Assembly (NCBI GenBank): GCA_965206845.1
Contig: OZ242221.1
Span: 1,568,001-1,632,000 of the forward strand
Source: Cenarchaeum sp.
GTDB lineage: Archaea; Thermoproteota; Nitrososphaeria; Nitrososphaerales; Nitrosopumilaceae
Reading direction: 5' to 3'
Length of the DNA: 64,000 bases
Below the pieces are notes generated by a model. The model saw nothing but the letters and a program-made list of their open reading frames with translations. It had not been told where the DNA came from and ran no database searches. A program made the position numbers and the translations under genes. Below, piece after piece: positions 27,041 through 36,361 of this stretch (the stretch's first letter is position 1; every line of letters begins with the position of its first letter).

Positions 27041-28192
27041 CTATCCCTGCGGCGGCTTTGCGGGAACGATCCTGATGGACTCGCTCAGGCGGCGGGCCCT
27101 CTTGAGCAGCTGCTCGATTGGCTGATCCTGTGTGCCGACCACGTTAAAGTGCCCCATCTTTCTCTTTGGCTTTGAGTCGCGCTTGCCATACATCTTGAGG
27201 TGCACTCCGGGGTCGGGATCCCCAGATACGTCATACCTGCCGGTAAGGCCGGCGGGCCCCAGAAGGTTGCACATTACTGCAGGGCGCCTGAGGCGCGCAC
27301 TGCCAAGCTTCAGGCCCAGGACCGCCCTGAGGTGCTGCTCAAACTGCGAGGTGTCACAGGACTGCAGCGTGTGGTGCCCCGAGTTGTGTACCCGCGGGGC
27401 AATCTCGTTGACCAGTATCTGGCCGCCTGTGGTGACAAACATCTCGATTCCAAAGACGCCGCTGTCCTGGAACAGATCCATTATGCGGGATGCAATCCGG
27501 TCTGCCTCCCTGGCGGTCTCTGCTGATACCCTGGCAGGCGCTATGGTCATCCTCAGGATGCTGTCCTCGTGTATGTTCTCCACCAGGGGGTATGCTGCGA
27601 TCTCGCCCAGCGTGCTTCGGGCCGCAACCACCGACACCTCAGTGGAGAACGCGACATGCCTCTCAAGCATCAGCGGCGCCCCGCCAAAGTACGCAAACGC
27701 AGCGTCCACCTCTTCGGGGGATCTGACCCTGTAGTTGCCGCGGCCGTCGTACCCGTCTCTCCTGGCCTTGAGCAGCGACGGGAACCCAAAGTCTGCCATC
27801 ATGTCCTTCAGATCCTTCAGGGATCTGACCTCTGCAAAGTCGGCAACCGGAATGCCGTTCCGGCGGAGAAACCGCTTCTGCAGCAGCTTGTCCTGTATGA
27901 TCCGGAGCGTCTCCGGCGACGGGTTGATCTCTGCGTTCAGGGATCCCAGCACCCTGCTGTCGCCTGACTCAATCTCGTAGGTTATGACGTCCGTCCTCGC
28001 TGCCAGCTCCTCGATGGCACTGCTGTCCTTAAAGCCGCCGACTATCTGCTTTGCGCCTGCCTGTGCAGCGGGACAGTTCTCTGTCGGGTCAAGCACTACG
28101 ACCTCTGAGACATGCTCCTGCAGGCTCCTGGCGGCCTCTGTGAGCATCATTCCCAGCTGGCCGCCGCCTATGATACCGAGCCTCCTTGCCAT
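27041..28192 (-). CDS. purK: N5-carboxyaminoimidazole ribonucleotide synthase
   Basis: GIIGGGQLG.M, QDKL.QK, GYDGRG, NEIAPRVHNSGH, SQFEQHLRA, YGK......RKMGH. Confidence 0.96.
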   Translation of the reverse strand: MARRLGIIGGGQLGMMLTEAARSLQEHVSEVVVLDPTENCPAAQAGAKQIVGGFKDSSAIEELAARTDVITYEIESGDSRVLGSLNAEINPSPETLRIIQDKLLQKRFLRRNGIPVADFAEVRSLKDLKDMMADFGFPSLLKARRDGYDGRGNYRVRSPEEVDAAFAYFGGAPLMLERHVAFSTEVSVVAARSTLGEIAAYPLVENIHEDSILRMTIAPARVSAETAREADRIASRIMDLFQDSGVFGIEMFVTTGGQILVNEIAPRVHNSGHHTLQSCDTSQFEQHLRAVLGLKLGSARLRRPAVMCNLLGPAGLTGRYDVSGDPDPGVHLKMYGKRDSKPKRKMGHFNVVGTQDQPIEQLLKRARRLSESIRIVPAKPPQG

Positions 28193-28262
28193 TGTACTCA
28201 CCGACTAAAATCTCGGATAAAAATGTCTGCTGCCGGGTTGGGGACTGCCGCACAGTTCTGGC

Positions 28263-28592
28263 TTACTGATCGTCCCTGCATCTTCTTCTGTGCCTCTGCC
28301 GGTGTTCGTCATGGTGTGGCCGGCATCCGGTTGTACCGCGCACGCCGATTGGCGGCGGGCGAGACCGGCCGGACACGTTTTGTCTCATCTGGATCACTGC
28401 AGGAACGATGCCAATAATTGCAAGCGCGGCAAAAACTGCTGGAATTGCAAAGACACCGATGTTTCTGACGTACAGTGCCGGATGCTCACCGGGCATGCCG
28501 GTAGCTCTCGCCAGGTAGTTTGTGGAACCCCATACAAACGCAAGGGCAAGGGCAGCCAAGGCAGAGAATGGTACCCAAAGTCCGGCTTTCAT
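28263..28592 (-). CDS. Hypothetical two-TM membrane protein
   Basis: ATGA overlap with the upstream Amt-like gene; two hydrophobic helices; C-terminal tail may be spurious. Confidence 0.5.
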   Translation of the reverse strand: MKAGLWVPFSALAALALAFVWGSTNYLARATGMPGEHPALYVRNIGVFAIPAVFAALAIIGIVPAVIQMRQNVSGRSRPPPIGVRGTTGCRPHHDEHRQRHRRRCRDDQ

Positions 28593-29182
28593 TTCTTATT
28601 CCTAACTATTAGTATGGTCATTATCAAGGACGAAATGACAACCGGAAAGAAAACAAACCCGATACCACTGTGCAAAATATTGGCAAATCCGGAGCTCTCT
28701 AGCCCATCTGCCGTGCCTGACCAGGCGCCGATGCCGTCACCGGTATCCAACATAGTGGTGGACTGGACCGTCAAAACTACTGCGGTTACAACAAAGTATG
28801 TTGCGGCAAGCGTTGCCGCAGCAGCTGTCAATGGTCTGTTTTCTGTGGGATTTGCTATCTTTTTTTGAAGCAGGAACGCCACAAACCCTGCTACGGCTCC
28901 AACAATGACTCCTGCCATGGGCCCTAGAACCTGCAGAAATGGAATTACCATGGCTGCCCCGGTAATGATCCCGAGCGCAATTCCCAACAACTTGATGTCT
29001 TTAGATATCGCTGAAAGAATCAGCCACGACACGAGAGAGAATGCGATGGCAACTACCAGAACAACTATGGCGCTTGTCGCGACTTCATCTACCATGAATT
29101 CGTTTGTACTAAACTTCGATCCCTCAAACCAAGGAACCAGTACAAGAAACGCCGCAACTGCCATCAAAAGACCGGTTTTCAC
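28589..29182 (-). CDS. Half-size ammonium-transporter (Amt)-like membrane protein
   Basis: W....S....LLG...G.I.G...V.P.....GP....IVG.VAG resembles AmtB helices 7-9; GTG start follows AAAAATAT. Confidence 0.6.
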   Translation of the reverse strand: MKTGLLMAVAAFLVLVPWFEGSKFSTNEFMVDEVATSAIVVLVVAIAFSLVSWLILSAISKDIKLLGIALGIITGAAMVIPFLQVLGPMAGVIVGAVAGFVAFLLQKKIANPTENRPLTAAAATLAATYFVVTAVVLTVQSTTMLDTGDGIGAWSGTADGLESSGFANILHSGIGFVFFPVVISSLIMTILIVRNKK

Positions 29183-29480
29183 TCTAGGCAATCCAGAACC
29201 CGGCGCAGGATATTTTTCCTCTGTATTCAAAATAAGGTGACTCCGTGTGACTTGAATACAGGTCTTCAAATTTTGCTACATCGCCGGCTGACATGCCAGT
29301 AGAAACACTGGTATTGTTGCCGCCTTGTGTAGCCAATGGGAACTTAACTCGCTATTCAATATATTAAACCCATCGCCATGCAGGGGACAGTCTTGCTCAA
29401 ACACCACGGCAAGTATTTTTTTTGAGCCTGGGAACACTGGCAGGATTCTCGCCTGTGATTCTTGCTATTGGTAGAGAAAT

Positions 29481-29624
29481 CTACTTTGCCGCCTCATTGG
29501 AACTGGCAAGATATGTTGTGGCAGCTCCTTTGGTGTGGGGAGAATACCTATTTGCAACAATGTGGGGGTAAAACAGCGCCATTGCCAAAACCACAACTAC
29601 GGGAAGAATGAGTTTCATTTTCAT
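29481..29624 (-). pseudogene. Probable remnant of a secreted-protein gene
   Basis: MKMKLILPVVVVLAMALFYP signal-peptide-like start followed by an early stop; lies in an AT-rich degenerate region. Confidence 0.3.
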
Positions 29625-29738
29625 CTTCACAAACCCCCCTGCATTTATGACATGTGGGCGTCAATTCCGGTGTTTACCAGCCTGCTGTCACTCTTTCACT
29701 GAAAGTTCTATATCCTGCGGGTGCGGCAGTGGTAACAT

Positions 29739-30713
29739 ATGCGCTACACCTCGTTTGAGCACCAGGGCGTGGCCAGGGTTATATCCCTGCTCAAGTCGCA
29801 GACCGGCAGGCGCCTCGGAATTGGGGAGATTAGCGACATCTTGGGCATCGGCCGGGATGCGGTGCGGAGGCACATCAACGAGATCAGGGGGCTGGGCTAC
29901 TCCCTGGAGTCCGGGAACGGGTACAGGCTGACAGGGATCACCGGTCTGCCGCTTCCATGGGAGATTACCGAGAGCATTAAGACAGAGCTCCTGGGACGGC
30001 GGGTGCACTTTTTTGATTCTATCGAGTCCACACAGGGTTACGCAGTGGATCTTGCGGCAGGCGGCGGCGAGCTGGGCTCTGTGGTAATTGCCAGGGAGCA
30101 GACCGGAGGAAGGGGGAGGCTCGGAAGAAAGTGGGCGTCCCCGCCCGGCGGCGTGTGGATGTCGGTGGTGTTGTGCCCGGATCTTGATGCCGATGTGGTT
30201 ACGCTGCTTCCCGCAGCGGCATCCGTGGCGCTCTCCGTAGCCATGGATGGCGTGCTGGGCATCAAGACCGGGATCAAGTGGCCAAATGACATTCTGGTAG
30301 AGGGGGGAAAGGCGGCAGGCATCATCATCGATGCAGACATTGAGTCAGGCAAGATCCGGAGCTTGGTACTGGGAGCAGGAATCAACCTCAACGTCAGCGC
30401 CGGACTGATCGAGGACATGGTTGGGGAGGCCAAAGGACCCAGAAGGGCGGCAAGCGTGCCGGGCATGTCTGCAGATGCCCCCGTAAGGCTCATCCAGAAG
30501 TTTCTAGCGGAGCTGGAGGCAGTAGCACGGATGTTACAGGAGGGCAGGACAGGACAAGTGGTTCTTGCCTGGACCGAGCGCTCGTGCACCATCGGGGAGG
30601 TGGTGTCTGCAGGTCGACACCGCGGCACGGCCGTCCGCCTCGACCCTGACGGGGCCTTGGTCATCAGACATGGTGCCAGAACCATGAGGATCGTCGCCGA
30701 CGACATCCTGTGA
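29739..30713 (+). CDS. birA: Biotin-protein ligase with N-terminal HTH
   Basis: HTH (ISDILGIGRDAV.RHI..IR..GY); STQ, A.EQT.GRGRLGR.W.SP, KWPND, K.AGI. Confidence 0.93.
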   Translation: MRYTSFEHQGVARVISLLKSQTGRRLGIGEISDILGIGRDAVRRHINEIRGLGYSLESGNGYRLTGITGLPLPWEITESIKTELLGRRVHFFDSIESTQGYAVDLAAGGGELGSVVIAREQTGGRGRLGRKWASPPGGVWMSVVLCPDLDADVVTLLPAAASVALSVAMDGVLGIKTGIKWPNDILVEGGKAAGIIIDADIESGKIRSLVLGAGINLNVSAGLIEDMVGEAKGPRRAASVPGMSADAPVRLIQKFLAELEAVARMLQEGRTGQVVLAWTERSCTIGEVVSAGRHRGTAVRLDPDGALVIRHGARTMRIVADDIL

Positions 30714-30991
30714 TCCTCGCATTCGATTACCGGATCCATGCCCAGAAGCGGCGATCCCGCACGCTGCTACGGCCATTAACACAGCTGCCTGCCATTCGTC
30801 TGCCCACATTCCACGGCAGTACAGTCCTATCCATGGGCAGCTGCCTGCGCCGGGCAATTTGGAGTGCCGTGGATCCTCCTGTTCATGTGTGCGCCGGTGC
30901 GTAATGTGGGACACAGCGCTTCGCTCATCAGGCTTTCTGTTTCCCCCTACTGGCTAGAGGGCGAGCGAATCTTTTTGGCCGTTACTATGCA

Positions 30992-31084
30992 TCAGCGGAT
31001 GGAAAAGTACAGGGCTATGGCTGCAGTGGCAACCGCGGCTGCGACTCCGAGTCCGAATATGATCTTGCCCCCGTCCACACTCAT
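30992..31084 (-). CDS. Small single-TM membrane protein (30 aa)
   Basis: MSVDGGKIIFGLGVAAAVATAAIALYFSIR; AATTAAT box about 25 nt upstream. Confidence 0.55.
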   Translation of the reverse strand: MSVDGGKIIFGLGVAAAVATAAIALYFSIR

Positions 31085-31494
31085 GATGCCAGTCCGCGCA
31101 GCGGGAATTAATTTGTAATGGTGCTCTGAATCTCTCCCAAATTCGGGCGTCGGCTGCATGAGTGGCTGACCGGGGTAACCACGGCCGGGCTGGACAAGCG
31201 GCGCACTCCAATGGGACACACGGCGATGTTCTGCGCGTAGGGCATGCATGTCCAGCTAGAACCCGATTGGCGGCAGGAGGATCCTGCAGGATGGTATCCA
31301 GAGACGCTCCTGCCTGACGACTACGGGACTCTGGGAGGCTGTGCGGGTGCGCGACCCGCCATGCGATATGGGCAGTGCGTATATTGTCCTAGGTGATGCG
31401 ACCTGCCGCTCAACGGCAGGATGCCGATAGCGCCCGAGTTCGAGAGGGAGCCTGTGACGCACCAACTTTAATTATTCGACAATCAAATCTATGT

Positions 31495-31857
31495 ATGCTT
31501 CTATCGCTGGAGGGTTACGAAGACGGCATGGTCAGGCAGGCGCTGGACATGCTGCTGGTTGACAGGAAGAACGAGTTTCGTGAGCTGGCAGAGGTGCTGT
31601 TCTGGAACATTCCACCATCCATGAACCCAATACCGAACTGGGAGTACTTTGTCATAAACTTCAGCCTGGATGTCAGCCAGGAGTTCCGCATATGGTCGGG
31701 CAAGGCGAAGATGCTCCAAAACTCGGATCTAAAGGCGCTGACAATCCTGCGGCAGCTCTCCAGGGACCAATCATCCATGAACCAGGTAGCACACCGGCTG
31801 AACATTGCGTTTGATCTGGCCGAGGAATTCAAGATAATATACCGCAGGCTGAAGTAG
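31495..31857 (+). CDS. Conserved hypothetical protein
   Basis: ATG follows TTTAATTA; helical, coding-like. Confidence 0.75.
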   Translation: MLLSLEGYEDGMVRQALDMLLVDRKNEFRELAEVLFWNIPPSMNPIPNWEYFVINFSLDVSQEFRIWSGKAKMLQNSDLKALTILRQLSRDQSSMNQVAHRLNIAFDLAEEFKIIYRRLK

Positions 31858-31952
31858 CAGCCAGACGATCTGGGCACGGCTCCGTCCTGGCGATGACTGA
31901 AGGCGGGGCAGCTGATGCGGAATAGTGTCGGGTTCTGACACACACAAGGACG

Positions 31953-32291
31953 CTAGCCGTCTCCAATCCTCCGAACCGTGTTCTCCAGCTCGGCAATGGA
32001 CCATTTTATCTGCGCAACATCCTCTTTGGTCATCTCGTCCTCCCACCTCTCCAAGACAGTCCTTGAGATCTGGGCGCACTGGTACAGAACGTTCCAGTAG
32101 GGGTGGTGCTCGGCGGTGGTAAACGCAAGCTCCTCCAGATCCTCAAGACCGCCCCTGGCACGGGCCAAGGCAGTAGCTCTCCTGCCAAAGACTCTTGCCG
32201 TGTCTGTCTCTTCCTTTAGATCCAGGCGCACATCGCCAAACGAGCTTGCAAGCTTTTGAAGGGCCGCGCAGAACTCCCCGAACTCGGTCAA
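31953..32291 (-). CDS. Conserved hypothetical protein
   Basis: TTG overlaps the stop of the CoA-binding gene; HHPYW motif. Confidence 0.72.
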   Translation of the reverse strand: MTEFGEFCAALQKLASSFGDVRLDLKEETDTARVFGRRATALARARGGLEDLEELAFTTAEHHPYWNVLYQCAQISRTVLERWEDEMTKEDVAQIKWSIAELENTVRRIGDG

Positions 32292-32710
32292 CGGAACAGT
32301 CTCCGATGCTCTGCTAGCATGCACCGGTTGAACACCACCTCGATCCCGTTGCTCCTGGCAAGCTCCTCTGCCTCCGGGTTGTGTATTCCCTCCTGCAGCC
32401 AGATTACCTTTGGGCCCTTTGTTATGGCATCCCTGACGACTTGGATGACCTGATCCGATGGACGGAACACGTCTACGATGTCCACGGGACCGTCAACATC
32501 CTCGATCCCGGGGTGGCACTTTTTACCCATTATTCGATCCGCATTTGGATTGATGGGGATTATGTTAAAGCCGTGCCTTGAGAGGTACTCTGGAACGAAG
32601 CGGGCGGCCTTGGCCTCATTCCTGGAGATACCAACCACTGCCACGTTCCTGAGAAACAGCATCTCCTTTATCTGATCGTCATCGTGGTGATCCCTTTCCA
32701 CATCTGACAT
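32288..32710 (-). CDS. CoA-binding protein (YccU-like)
   Basis: VAVVG.S....K....V..YL...GF.IIP.NP, DIVDVFR.S, W.QEGI, V.NRC. Confidence 0.92.
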   Translation of the reverse strand: MSDVERDHHDDDQIKEMLFLRNVAVVGISRNEAKAARFVPEYLSRHGFNIIPINPNADRIMGKKCHPGIEDVDGPVDIVDVFRPSDQVIQVVRDAITKGPKVIWLQEGIHNPEAEELARSNGIEVVFNRCMLAEHRRLFR

Positions 32711-33151
32711 GCGCTGGATTTCAATATAACGGTTATTTTGCGCCGTTGTGGTGCCCTGATCCGGCGTGGAGGCGCCATGCTGCCAAGCCGTATATCCAAG
32801 ACGCCTCCAAGGTATGGCGGCGCCGAGCTGTCCATGTTGTCGGCTTGCAGGCGCGCCACATGTCCTGCACCAAAGGCAGAACCGGGCGGAGCGTCGCAGA
32901 TCCGGCGCCATGGCCCGGCGTGGCCAGAAAATGAGACGTCTGTGGCACACCCGGAACGGTCCGGCGGCGCGGCAGAATGTCGGCTCCAGACGGGATGCGG
33001 TGCGCCGGACGCATGATGTCATCTGCCGCATTGGGTAGATAGCGGGGGTTTCCCTAATGCGTATGCACCTGTGGCCAGGTGGGGGACGAGCTGGCGCCAT
33101 GTCTGCCGGGCTGCTTCTATCTTTTTTAGGTAGTGTGTGTATTACTATGGT

Positions 33152-34057
33152 GTGGAGAGAAACGCCAAGTACCGCCTCTCTGATGGCGGGGTGTGTTTTG
33201 AGCATGCGCCGATCACCGATGCAGACAGGGGCGAGGTACTCTGCAGGATGTGCGGCACCGTAATCACCGACAGAATAGAGGATGTGCGGCACGATCAGTA
33301 CGGCGACATGTCAGGCTCCAAGAACCTGCACAGGACGGGACCGTCAATCTCATTGACCATGCATGACAAGGGCCTTTATACCGTAATCGGCAGCGACAAC
33401 GACTCGTCGGGCAACCGGATCACGGATAAGAGCAAGTTCGATCGGCTCCGCCGGTGGGACAAGAGGACAAAGTCCGTCTCCAAGACGAGAAATCTGGGAG
33501 CCGCCTTTACCCTCCTCCACGGACTCAAGACAAAGCTGGCAATACCTGAGAGCGTGACAGAGAAGGCGGCTTACTACTACAGAAAGGCGCTGGATCAGAA
33601 GCTGATCAGGGGCAGGAGCATGGCTCCGATGCTGCTGGCGTGCCTGTACGCCGCATGCCGTGAGACCCACACGCCGCGAAGCCTGGAAGATCTCTCGCTT
33701 GCCGGCAACATAAGAAAGACCAGCCTCTCCAAGGCGCTCCGCCTGATGGTGCGGAACATGGATCTGAGGCTGGATCAGTACGACATATCGGCATTTATGA
33801 CGAGGATGGCCAACAACCTGGGCCTCAGGGAGAAGACCAAACGGGATGCCCTCTTGATAATCGAGCGGTCGCGCGGTCTGAACATAATCGGGGGAAAGAA
33901 TCCCGTTGCGTTTGCCGCAGCCGCGCTCTACATGGCTTCGCTTATCAACGGCGAGCCGGTGACCCAGAGCCTCATGACCTCCTCCTCGGGGATATCCTCC
34001 GTTACAATCAGGAATACTGCGGCCCTGATCAAGAAGGAGCTGCAACTCGAGGTCTAG
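33152..34057 (+). CDS. tfb: Transcription initiation factor IIB (TFB) paralog
   Basis: Zn ribbon (C..H...D...GEV.C..CG.V), RTGP......HD.GL.T.I, two cyclin repeats with GRS...ACLY.ACR....PRSL and GK.P...AAA.LY, VTIRN. Confidence 0.93.
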   Translation: MERNAKYRLSDGGVCFEHAPITDADRGEVLCRMCGTVITDRIEDVRHDQYGDMSGSKNLHRTGPSISLTMHDKGLYTVIGSDNDSSGNRITDKSKFDRLRRWDKRTKSVSKTRNLGAAFTLLHGLKTKLAIPESVTEKAAYYYRKALDQKLIRGRSMAPMLLACLYAACRETHTPRSLEDLSLAGNIRKTSLSKALRLMVRNMDLRLDQYDISAFMTRMANNLGLREKTKRDALLIIERSRGLNIIGGKNPVAFAAAALYMASLINGEPVTQSLMTSSSGISSVTIRNTAALIKKELQLEV

Positions 34058-34069
34058 CGCCGGAACTTT

Positions 34070-35575
34070 TTATCCCGTTCCGGCCTGCTCCGCTGCTATG
34101 TGCTCCCTCTTTATCCAGACGGTTCCTGATCCGTGGTCCACCAACTCGATACCGGTGCGCGACAGCCCGTCCCGGATGCGATCCGCCTCGCCATACCTTC
34201 CCTGCTCCCGCAGCTCCTCCCTTCCATTGATCATCTCCCTTATCCCGGGGATGTCCGCGTCGGGTACCTCCGACATGCGGAGCCCCAGAACCCATGCCAT
34301 CCTGTTGAACCAGTACAGCACGTCCTGCGCGTCGCCCGCGGTGGGCGCCTGTACTGCGGGAACCGAGGCGGTGGCGTTTACCGCCCTCACTAGGCCAAAG
34401 AACGCGTCCAGCGCCATGTGGGTGTTGAGGTCATCGTCTAGCGCGCCATCAAAGGCCTCTACTGCGCGCCGCACCGGATCGCCGAACAGCCGCCCGGTGC
34501 TAGGCGGTGTTGTTCGGGGGACGCGCTCGGACTTGCCAGGCTCCGGATGCGACTTGGCTCCCCAGGTCCTGAGGTATCCCTGCGGGATGCCGTCGCAGCC
34601 TGCCATGTGGAGCAGTTCGTGGTATGCCGCCTCTGCCTGCCTCCACCGCGACGTAATCCCCCTTAGGAGTTCATCCGAGTGGTCTACGGGCTTTGCGTAG
34701 TGGGCCGACAGGCAGAACAGCCGGATGACGTTGGGTCCCCACCTCTCCAGGGCTAGCCTGACAGACCTCATGTTGCCCAGGGACTTTGACATCTTCTGGC
34801 CACCGATGGTGACCATGCCCACATGCATCCATAGCCTTGCGAGCGGCTTTGATGTGAACGCCTCGGACTGGGCTATCTCGTTCTCGTGGTGCGGAAATAT
34901 GAGATCCCTCCCCCCGCCGTGGATCTCAAAACTCTCTCCCAGATACTTGAGGCTCATGGCAGAGCACTCGATGTGCCATCCGGGCCTCCCGCTGCCCCAG
35001 GGACTCTCCCAGAATGGCCCCGATCCTGCAAACTTCCAGAGGGCAAAGTCCAGCGGGTCGCGCTTGTGCTCGTCCACCTGCACCCTGGCGCCCGAGCGCA
35101 GCTCCTCCGTTCTCTTCTTTGAGAGCCTGCCGTATCCGGGAAATCCGGACACCGCAAAGTACACCCCGTTTCTGGTTACGTACGCCGCGCCAGACTCCAG
35201 CAGACCCTGGATCATCTCCAGTATCTCCGGTACGTGCTCCGTGGCCCTGGGGTACGTCGCCGCCCTCATGACGTTTAGCGCGTCCGAGTCCTCAAAGTAC
35301 CGTGTGATGTACCTGCCGCCCAGCTCTGTCGCGTCCAGTCCCTGCGCCGACGCGCGCTCGATTATCTTGTCGTCCACATCCGTAAAATTCTGCACCATCT
35401 TTACCGTTGCCCCTCTAGACTGAAGGTACCGTCTGAGGACGTCAAACACAATTATGGTCCGTGCGTGGCCCACATGGGCCTCGTCGTAGACCGTGACCCC
35501 GCAGACGTAGATGCCCACCGTACCTGACGTGTCCGGCCTCCGCTTCTCCCCTGTGAGCGTGTCGCGTATCCTCAA
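34070..35575 (-). CDS. cysS: Cysteinyl-tRNA synthetase
   Basis: YVCG.TVYD..HVGHAR, DFALWK, GRPGWHIECSAM, HGGG.DL.FPHHENE, KMSKS; TTG overlaps the nadE stop. Confidence 0.96.
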   Translation of the reverse strand: MRIRDTLTGEKRRPDTSGTVGIYVCGVTVYDEAHVGHARTIIVFDVLRRYLQSRGATVKMVQNFTDVDDKIIERASAQGLDATELGGRYITRYFEDSDALNVMRAATYPRATEHVPEILEMIQGLLESGAAYVTRNGVYFAVSGFPGYGRLSKKRTEELRSGARVQVDEHKRDPLDFALWKFAGSGPFWESPWGSGRPGWHIECSAMSLKYLGESFEIHGGGRDLIFPHHENEIAQSEAFTSKPLARLWMHVGMVTIGGQKMSKSLGNMRSVRLALERWGPNVIRLFCLSAHYAKPVDHSDELLRGITSRWRQAEAAYHELLHMAGCDGIPQGYLRTWGAKSHPEPGKSERVPRTTPPSTGRLFGDPVRRAVEAFDGALDDDLNTHMALDAFFGLVRAVNATASVPAVQAPTAGDAQDVLYWFNRMAWVLGLRMSEVPDADIPGIREMINGREELREQGRYGEADRIRDGLSRTGIELVDHGSGTVWIKREHIAAEQAGTG

Positions 35576-36345
35576 GACGCCTGCCTCTTGTGCGCGCTGT
35601 TCCTGTGCAGCGCGATGACCCTCTCTGTGACATCTGTCGTGACTCCGGCCATGCCGGGTATCATGTCCAGCGGGGTGCCCTTGTCCAGGTACAGGTGCAG
35701 GATCGCATCCACCTCTTCGTAGGACGCGCCGATCTCGCTCTCTGCCTCGTGCCCCTTCCACAGGTGGGGGCTGCTTCTCTTGGATATTATGCGGGGCGGA
35801 ACCCCCAGGTGCCCTGCCATTTCCCGCACCTGCAGCTTGTACAGCTCCCTGATGGGGAATGCGTCTGCCGCCCCGTCTCCAAATTTTGTAAAGTAGCCGA
35901 TCTGGTACTCGCTTCTGTCACTGGATCCTGCGACCAGCAGGCCTTCTGCGTTTGCGCAATAGTACAGCATGCCGCACCTGATTCGGGCCCGCAGGTTGCC
36001 CAGTGCCACGGGATGCGGTCTCAGGTGCTTTGCATACTCCTCCACAATGGGGCCGATGTCCAGAAGCCGGTGCTCGATTCCCAGCGACCCTGCAACGTCC
36101 AGCGCGTCTGCAGTCTCGGCCTCGGGCGTGATCTCCAGATCCGGCATTATCATGGCCAGCGTTCTGCGCCCGGACAGGCCGCGGCACAGCGATGCCGTCA
36201 CTACCGAGTCGATGCCTCCGCTGAGCCCAAGTACGAACCCCGGGGCACTGCTCTCCTCAAGCCTGTCAAGAAGGGCCTGCCGGATGCGGCGCGCAATTCC
36301 GGCGTAGTCCTGATCCGTAATCTGCCTTATGATGTCCGGGTTCAA
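35572..36345 (-). CDS. nadE: NH3-dependent NAD+ synthetase
   Basis: GLSGGIDS, GNLRARIR, GYFTKFGDG, LYK..V, E.E.G.SY. Confidence 0.95.
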   Translation of the reverse strand: MNPDIIRQITDQDYAGIARRIRQALLDRLEESSAPGFVLGLSGGIDSVVTASLCRGLSGRRTLAMIMPDLEITPEAETADALDVAGSLGIEHRLLDIGPIVEEYAKHLRPHPVALGNLRARIRCGMLYYCANAEGLLVAGSSDRSEYQIGYFTKFGDGAADAFPIRELYKLQVREMAGHLGVPPRIISKRSSPHLWKGHEAESEIGASYEEVDAILHLYLDKGTPLDMIPGMAGVTTDVTERVIALHRNSAHKRQAS

Positions 36346-36361
36346 GAATCCGATCTCCTAT

